Positions 58,077-64,000 of a stretch of 64,000 nucleotides of DNA are shown one piece after another. The DNA comes from Candidatus Uhrbacteria bacterium (GTDB lineage Bacteria > Patescibacteriota > Patescibacteriia > UBA9934). Made by a program: the position numbers and the translations under genes. The stretch is from positions 25,040 to 89,039 of the forward strand of contig CALRHV010000002.1 of NCBI GenBank assembly GCA_943359525.1, read 5' to 3'. The notes beneath the pieces are model-generated. The model ran no database searches. It saw nothing but the letters and a program-made list of their open reading frames with translations, and was not told where the DNA came from. Each line of letters starts with the position of its first letter. Positions within the stretch are counted from its first letter, which is position 1.

Positions 58077-58156
58077 TGTGTCTTGCCCGCATAGGCCACG
58101 ATCTCGCGATCATGAACTCTGCGGGTCGGTGGGCAGTCTTGTACTGCCCACCTCGT
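58077..58156 (-). ncRNA. Two-hairpin structured element, copy B
   Basis: GGTGGGCAGT..ACTGCCCACC then CCCGCA..CATGATC-GCGA-GATCGTG..TGCGGG. Confidence 0.5.
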
Positions 58157-58160
58157 GGCG

Positions 58161-58706
58161 TTACTGCGCTTCGAAGCGCAGCAGTTCGCGGTTGCGACGG
58201 TTGTTCCCTCGAGCCATCGGCTTCACGATCTTCTCGAGGTTGAAGAATCTCTCCCCTTCCTCGTACTCCATCTCCTGGTCGTCGATGCCATTGACGCCGA
58301 AGAAGTGGAGTTGATCCGTGATCCCGGGAGACACGTTTTTCGGAACGGCCTCCGTGGGCTCGTCCTCGAACTCGTCGCCGTCGAGCATGGCGATGAGGGA
58401 GTCCTCGTTGCTGTCGTCGGAGACTTCTTCGAATTTGGCGAGAACGGGGGAGTCATCCTCGTCAGTGGATTCGAGGAACGTTCCGGTGGACGGAATGAAT
58501 TCCCGACCGGGCGTGGACCACGTCCAGAGCACCTGGTCGGAGTCGATGCCGGGGGTGCTCTTCAGCTTGCGAGCGTTGCCACTCTTGGGCTGGGCAGCGC
58601 ACGGTTCGAAACAGGATTCGATCCGTTCCTTCATCATGCTGGCGCGGGAGCGCCGGTAGCGAGGGGACGTGGCGGGGTCGGTGGCGGGACGAGACGCGTT
58701 TGCCAT
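58161..58706 (-). CDS. Acidic hypothetical protein
   Basis: AAGGAG SD and upstream TTGACA-17-TAGTAT promoter (about 58833-58861). Confidence 0.6.
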   Translation of the reverse strand: MANASRPATDPATSPRYRRSRASMMKERIESCFEPCAAQPKSGNARKLKSTPGIDSDQVLWTWSTPGREFIPSTGTFLESTDEDDSPVLAKFEEVSDDSNEDSLIAMLDGDEFEDEPTEAVPKNVSPGITDQLHFFGVNGIDDQEMEYEEGERFFNLEKIVKPMARGNNRRNRELLRFEAQ

Positions 58707-58952
58707 TGGTATGGCTCCTTTTCTATTTTGGCCTTTGCGGCCGGTGAGATGGAAAATTCCATCCAGAGCGAGGGCCCTGGGAAAGGCCGTGTAGGCGAAC
58801 TTTCCTAGAGCTCACGGTGCCAGAAGGAATGAATACTAGCAGAAAACGGGCGTTTTGTCAAAATGGATTGTTTGGAAAAATGGCGAATATTGGGGAAAAT
58901 CGAACGCCCGGCACCTCCTTGTGAGATGCCGGGCCGTGTTCGTGGTGTAGCG

Positions 58953-59573
58953 TTATTCCTTCTTGAATTCCATCACACAGGCTCCGGAGAGCCCCTGCCG
59001 CTTCATCCAACGTTCCTGGGCGTCGGCCGCTTCGATGAGTTCGTTGGGTTGCGCTGTGCCCATCGAGCGCGTCCAGATCACACCGCCGATTCGTGCATCC
59101 AGGCCGTTGCCGAAGGCACGAATCCCTTTGAGGATTCGGCCAACAACCAGGGCGACGCCGGCATCGTCGACGTTTTCAAGGACGACGAGGAATTCATCCC
59201 CGCCCCAGCGTGCCGCACGGTCCTTCTTGCGAATGGACTTCTTCAGCACCTGGGCGGTGTGCTTTAGCACGCGGTCGCCCTCCGTGTGGCTGATGGTGTC
59301 ATTGATGTACTTGAAGCGTACAAGATCCACCGCGAGCGCCGCGAGGCTCTGAACACCGTTGTGCGGAGCACGCAGCTCATGGCCGACTGCTCCGTCGAGT
59401 TCACGATCAAGAAAGTCTATGATCGGGGTTCGATTTATGAGCTCCGTGAGTCCATCGATGAAGGCGAGATCGCGAAGCAGGGCATTTTCCTTGACGAGCT
59501 CCGCGATGACGCGTTGCGCATCAAGAAGGCTGGTTGGGTGAAGGTCTTGATTGGTGAGGCGAGCAATGCGCAT
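58953..59573 (-). CDS. Diguanylate cyclase (GGDEF) with N-terminal coiled coil
   Basis: D.LT.L.NR, FK.IND..H..GD..L, RKKD I-site and RWGGDEF. Confidence 0.9.
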   Translation of the reverse strand: MRIARLTNQDLHPTSLLDAQRVIAELVKENALLRDLAFIDGLTELINRTPIIDFLDRELDGAVGHELRAPHNGVQSLAALAVDLVRFKYINDTISHTEGDRVLKHTAQVLKKSIRKKDRAARWGGDEFLVVLENVDDAGVALVVGRILKGIRAFGNGLDARIGGVIWTRSMGTAQPNELIEAADAQERWMKRQGLSGACVMEFKKE

Positions 59574-59699
59574 GAAATCTCCGAACGTGGAAAGGGAAGT
59601 AACGAAAAAGTATAGCAAAAAAACACGATTTCGTCAATAAAACGTGGCGAAGGTTCGCAAAGATTTGACGCGATTCGCTTGAGTTGATAGGCTACTCCC

Positions 59700-59825
59700 G
59701 TCCTCGAGATCCGCAGACAGCGAGCAGTGCCAAGCGCACAAGAAGGCCTCGCCGAGAATCTCCTTACTTTCATCGGCATTCCGATGAACAGCAAGATTTC
59801 TGCGGCCCTTTAGGGGTCGTTTTAC
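59700..59825 (+). ncRNA. L10 leader (rplJ autoregulatory element)
   Basis: AGACAGCGAG...CCTCGCCGAG kink-turn-like motif, then hairpin plus T-tract upstream of rplJ. Confidence 0.6.
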
Positions 59826-59841
59826 TTTTAACGGTTCATTT

Positions 59842-60369
59842 ATGCCGAAGTCTCGTTTGGAAAAACGCGAGATCGTGGCGGGAATCGCGGATCAGTTTAA
59901 GCGGATGAAGGGCGCTGCCTTTGTATCCGTGTCCGGATTTACCATGAACCATGCCGACGCATTGCGTACCAAGGCCCGAGAACAGAACGTGGATATCTTC
60001 ATCTCGAAGAAAACGTTGCTGGTGCTTGCAGCCAAGGAAGCGGGTGTGGAAGGTGTGGTGCCCGACGCGTTACAAGGTTCCATTCTCACTGCAGTGAGCT
60101 ATGGTGACGAGGTGGCTGCCGCAAAGGTGCTCAAGGATTTCTTGAACGGAAAAGAAATCGGTTCCCTTGTTGCAGGTATCTTGGAAAACCGTCTCATTAA
60201 CACGGTGGATGTGAAGCGTGTTGCAGACTTGCCGTCAAAGGAGCAGCTCCTTGGAATGCTCGTTCGCACACTCAACGCAACGCCAACCGGATTCGTCAAC
60301 GTTCTCGCTGGCAATCTCCGTGGTTTGGTCACAGTTCTCGGTGCCGTCGGTGCAAAAAAGACAGCGTAA
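59842..60369 (+). CDS. rplJ: 50S ribosomal protein L10
   Basis: K...V......, LR, K.TL and LPSKEQL motifs; precedes rplL. Confidence 0.95.
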   Translation: MPKSRLEKREIVAGIADQFKRMKGAAFVSVSGFTMNHADALRTKAREQNVDIFISKKTLLVLAAKEAGVEGVVPDALQGSILTAVSYGDEVAAAKVLKDFLNGKEIGSLVAGILENRLINTVDVKRVADLPSKEQLLGMLVRTLNATPTGFVNVLAGNLRGLVTVLGAVGAKKTA

Positions 60370-60390
60370 TTTAAAATCATTTATATCTTT

Positions 60391-60774
60391 ATGGAAATCC
60401 CAGCAAAGTTCCAGTCCATCGTGAGCGAAATTGAGAAGATGTCCGTTCTTGACCTTTCTGAATTGGTAAAGGTGTTGGAAGAGAACTTCGGTGTCTCTGC
60501 AGCGGCTCCAGCAATGATGATGGCCGCAGCTCCAGCAGCAGCAGGTGCAGCAGCAGAAGAGAAGTCAACATTCACTGTTGAACTTACGTCAGCGGGCGAC
60601 AGCAAGATCAACGCCATCAAGGCAGTGCGTGAAGTAACCGGTCTTGGTCTTAAGGAAGCAAAGGACATCGTGGATGCTGCTCCAAAGGCAGTGAAGGAAG
60701 GTGCTTCAAAGGCAGAAGCCGACGACATGAAGGCAAAGCTCGAAGCAGCAGGTGCAACCGTGACATTGAAATAA
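60391..60774 (+). CDS. rplL: 50S ribosomal protein L7/L12
   Basis: [21 protein letters not shown] and LEAAGA motifs. Confidence 0.98.
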   Translation: MEIPAKFQSIVSEIEKMSVLDLSELVKVLEENFGVSAAAPAMMMAAAPAAAGAAAEEKSTFTVELTSAGDSKINAIKAVREVTGLGLKEAKDIVDAAPKAVKEGASKAEADDMKAKLEAAGATVTLK

Positions 60775-60781
60775 GTCCATC

Positions 60782-60812
60782 AACCCCGCCGTTCGTGAAC
60801 GGCGGGGTTTTT
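60782..60812 (+). terminator. Terminator derived from the family D palindrome
   Basis: AACCCCGCCGTTCGTGAACGGCGGGGTTTTT. Confidence 0.75.
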
Positions 60813-60847
60813 GGTACACTAATCCTGTATTCATTAATCATCGACCT

Positions 60848-61243
60848 ATGATGAAGTTCAAATGTGCCACGCCAGATGCAGGTTTACTCAGCGTTCGTAT
60901 CGGTCTTGCATCGGTATTCATCACTCATGGCGCAATGAAGCTCGCCAGCATTGCCGGCGTCATGGCGATGTTCGAAAAAATGGGCATGCCAGCATGGCTT
61001 GGTGTGGTTGTTGGGCTTGTTGAGCTTTTGGGCGGTGTAGCAATGCTCCTTGGCGTGTACATGAAGTACGCTGGTTATGCGCTTGCCGCAGTGATGGTGG
61101 GAGCGATTCTTGCAGTGAAGTGGAAGATGGGTTTTGTGAGTGGTTGGGAATTCGACTTTGTGCTTCTTGCGTCGGCACTTGGAATGGCTTGGATGGGCGC
61201 GGGGGAGTATTCAGTGAAGCTGCCAGAAAAGATGAAAGCGTAA
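60848..61243 (+). CDS. DoxX-family membrane protein
   Basis: R..L...FI.HG..K, E..GG...LLG and G.G.YS motifs. Confidence 0.88.
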   Translation: MMKFKCATPDAGLLSVRIGLASVFITHGAMKLASIAGVMAMFEKMGMPAWLGVVVGLVELLGGVAMLLGVYMKYAGYALAAVMVGAILAVKWKMGFVSGWEFDFVLLASALGMAWMGAGEYSVKLPEKMKA

Positions 61244-61327
61244 TCGCGAAATTGATCATACTCAATAGAGATAGGCGGGGCTTCCATGCCCCGCTTTTCG
61301 GTTCCTCGCGAGGCGTGGTAGCCTCGC

Positions 61328-63481
61328 CTATTTCAGGAGATGCGTCGCTGTGTACGAATACACCATGGCTGGTGTCGTCAGGAGAATTCGGTTCTCACTT
61401 TCCCGAATCACGAAACTGATAACGCCGGAGAGATTCACGACGTATTGTGCGACGATACCGCCTTTTTCTTTGTCCATCACGACTACGCGTCCATCGGAAC
61501 CGTCGAGGATGTACAGATACTTGCTCTCAAGGTCGGTCCAGATGTCGATTGGTTTTACGATTGCTGGATCGATTGTTGCGTGACTCCATGGCGTTTCACG
61601 TCCGCTCTTGAATACGATCACGTCGGTGTCGGTAAGCACCCACAGGCTTCCATCAATCGCGAGTGCTTTTGCGTGGCTCAGATCACTCGTCTTCGCGGTA
61701 ATCCACGGTGTTCCGGCTTCGAATCCAATTCCTTGTGGTCGCATCTTCACAATCTGCCCGCTTGCGGCGCTGAGTGCGTACACGTTGTCATTGTACGACG
61801 AGAGGTCTTCAATACTCGCCATGCCATCGATGCCGCTTGAGAGCGACGTGACTGCCGGAGTTGCTACTGTGGTTCGCCACAGTCGCTTGTCCATATCCAC
61901 GGTGAGTATGTTGTCGCCTTCACCTGCGGTGATAACGATGTTTTGCGCAAGGCTTTGACCAACGTCAACGCGCTCCATTGCTTTACTCACTTCATTCACG
62001 CGCCAAGGTGCGGCGTCGGCACTAATGCCGTAGAGCGCACTTCCGGAACTGGTGATGCCTACGAGTGGAAATGCGAATTGTGCAGGAAGTTCGGCGACTT
62101 TCGCGGCAGTGACGGTTTCCATCCCGCGAGTTCTGCCAAGGATGTCTTGAAGCGCGCGGTTGAGATCGTCCGCTTTCGTTTTCTGTGCAGATGTTTCGCG
62201 GGGGAGTGTTGCGAGAAGATTCGTTGCATCGGTGACGAGCGTTTGCGCTTCTTGCGTGTTGCCGTAAATGATTGCTGCTTCTGCGGCGGTGCGCTTTTCC
62301 TCAATCTTCGTCAGTGCAGACTGATACGCGACGGTTGCTTCGGCGGTTTTTTGCCCAGCCTGACGATTCGCAATGCTTATGAACACGATAATTGTAAGAA
62401 TCGCAACGCCCACACTAATCACCTTTGTGGTTCGTGACGCACCATTTACTGCGGTAATGCCGGCATGACGAAGTGAGTCGATTCGTCCGGCCATCCCTCC
62501 GAACCTGCTCCGATGATTGCTGCCACCAAGGCGTGTTCCGGCACGCATCTCTCCTCCGGATCTTTGTTTGAGTAGCTGTTCGATTTTGCCAATGATGAAT
62601 CGTGCCGCGCGTTTGACGCCTCGCCACAATGCGCTGTCGCTGTATGTTGCGAGGAACTTCTTTGTCGTCGCTAATCCAAGGGCGATTTTTTGTGGAACGT
62701 CTGGGGTTTGTTCGCCGAGCAGATCGGCTGTTCGCGATTTGGTTTCCTCAAGATCAGAAATGGATGCCATTGGGTTGGCTTTCTTTGGTGGCCCAAGTGG
62801 TTCTTCTTCGTTCACATGAAAACAGATGCCGCCGAATTGCGCCGTTGGAGGAACAAATTGCTGAATGCGTTCCAGTGCGCCATTCGGAGGTAACGTCACG
62901 AGAATGTCCTGTAGGTCGCCCAGGGAAAGCGCATGTGGTGGAACGCGTCGTGCCGCATAGAACACGTCGCCGGGATGTAGTTCACCGTCGAGTACAGTAA
63001 CGAGTGGTTTTTCTGGCGAGCTTTCGTCGGTCACGAGTTGTGCGTCGAGTTCGTACACCACGTAGCGGCGCTCAGCGGTACGATGAAGGAATAGCGCGTG
63101 ATTGGTGCCGATGCCGCTGAAGAACACTTGGCTGTTTGTGATAGCGCCCACGAGGATGTTCGTTTTTTTCAGTGAGATATTCTTTTCAGCAGCAAGACGG
63201 GAGATGTCTGCGTTCATGATGACGAGCATTGCCTCAAATCGACGGGGAATGTTGCCGCCGTCTTTCTCGATGTCTGATCGAAGTACCTCAAGATGACTTG
63301 CGATAGTGTGGATGAGCCGGTCTCGGGCTTCCGAGTCGCGGTGGGTAATATCGACCAAGCCGAAAATGGATCCTTGACCCTGGGAAAGCGGCAGAAGAGT
63401 GGTTCGGACACTCAAATGTTCCGGCGTTGTGCCCGGAACAAGGAGTTCTGCAGATTTCAAACGATAGGGTGTTGTAGTCAT
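61328..63481 (-). CDS. Membrane protein: N-terminal PP2C-like fold, one TM helix, C-terminal beta-propeller
   Basis: GEL.PGD-type N-domain, central TM helix and IDG..W/Y / LYILD....RV repeats. Confidence 0.7.
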   Translation of the reverse strand: MTTTPYRLKSAELLVPGTTPEHLSVRTTLLPLSQGQGSIFGLVDITHRDSEARDRLIHTIASHLEVLRSDIEKDGGNIPRRFEAMLVIMNADISRLAAEKNISLKKTNILVGAITNSQVFFSGIGTNHALFLHRTAERRYVVYELDAQLVTDESSPEKPLVTVLDGELHPGDVFYAARRVPPHALSLGDLQDILVTLPPNGALERIQQFVPPTAQFGGICFHVNEEEPLGPPKKANPMASISDLEETKSRTADLLGEQTPDVPQKIALGLATTKKFLATYSDSALWRGVKRAARFIIGKIEQLLKQRSGGEMRAGTRLGGSNHRSRFGGMAGRIDSLRHAGITAVNGASRTTKVISVGVAILTIIVFISIANRQAGQKTAEATVAYQSALTKIEEKRTAAEAAIIYGNTQEAQTLVTDATNLLATLPRETSAQKTKADDLNRALQDILGRTRGMETVTAAKVAELPAQFAFPLVGITSSGSALYGISADAAPWRVNEVSKAMERVDVGQSLAQNIVITAGEGDNILTVDMDKRLWRTTVATPAVTSLSSGIDGMASIEDLSSYNDNVYALSAASGQIVKMRPQGIGFEAGTPWITAKTSDLSHAKALAIDGSLWVLTDTDVIVFKSGRETPWSHATIDPAIVKPIDIWTDLESKYLYILDGSDGRVVVMDKEKGGIVAQYVVNLSGVISFVIRESENRILLTTPAMVYSYTATHLLK

Positions 63482-63570
63482 GTTGCGGATAAGCCTCCTT
63501 TCTCTGTACAGTATAGTAGTACTTGTCGATATACGCGATTTTCTCTATGGATAACACCAATGAACCAGAA

Positions 63571-64000
63571 ATGGCAGCAAAACCAGGAGAGTTCCGAATC
63601 GAACAACTTTTTGGCTCACGAACACGCGCGCGACTGTTAACGCTATTTTTGGAAAACTCGGATCGAGCATTTTATGTTCGAGAGCTCACAAGAAGAATTG
63701 ATGCGCAGTTGAATGCGGTTCGTCGTGAACTGAAGAATTTGGTGGACGTTGGCGTTGTGCTTGAGGTTGAAGGAAAGATTATTCCAACGGAGGGAAAAGA
63801 AAAAAAATTCTATCGTGCGAACATGGAATTTCCGTTATTTGAGGACTTGCGTGGCGTGATGAGAAAGGCAGCGGTACTGATGAATCGTGAGATTGTGCGG
63901 GTGCTACGAGAAAAAGGTGATATCGATCTTATTTTGCTTACGGGTCGGTTCGTTGATGCGACGAACGTTCCAACGGACCTGTTGATTGTGGGCACGATTG
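63571..64000 (+). CDS. wHTH transcriptional regulator with nucleotidyltransferase-like domain (partial)
   Basis: LFGSRTR..LL.LF...YVRELTR...NAVRREL..L, then ILLTG.F...DLLIVG; runs off the window end. Confidence 0.75.
   Translation, partial: MAAKPGEFRIEQLFGSRTRARLLTLFLENSDRAFYVRELTRRIDAQLNAVRRELKNLVDVGVVLEVEGKIIPTEGKEKKFYRANMEFPLFEDLRGVMRKAAVLMNREIVRVLREKGDIDLILLTGRFVDATNVPTDLLIVGTI

Noticed and set aside
57491-58156. Integron attC sites
   Set aside because: No RYYYAAC...GTTRRRY ends and no integrase in the window

Overview
This 64-kb window looks like chromosome from a small-genome Patescibacteria/CPR bacterium, possibly Uhrbacteria/ABY1-like. That placement is inferred from gene content, scarcity of Shine-Dalgarno sites on core genes and CPR-type surface proteins. 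The backbone is housekeeping genes: thrS, miaA, gatB, secE-nusG-rplK-rplA, gyrB, rodA, rplY, prmC-prfA-rpmE, queA, rpsB-tsf, gap/pgk/eno, xseAB and rplJL. Interspersed are a dTMP-metabolism cluster with an in-frame DHFR-thymidylate synthase fusion, two type II TA loci (one with an internally deleted toxin), a lexA-YqjX-like-PolY mutagenesis cassette with two unannotated basic micro-ORFs, a degenerate MetK, two tandem Cys-paired Ig-like repeat surface proteins, a GGDEF protein and at least seven families of palindromic repeats or structured elements. The most striking observation is a non-canonical tRNA gene (40032-40104) beside the SOS cassette. It has a G3:U70/A73 acceptor and an 8-nt anticodon loop. 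Its promoter carries a 15/16-identical copy of the GTTC-N7-GTTC box found at the lexA promoter, in the same position relative to the -10 box, which suggests a DNA-damage-inducible atypical tRNA. No CRISPR array, rRNA, transposase or integrase was seen.
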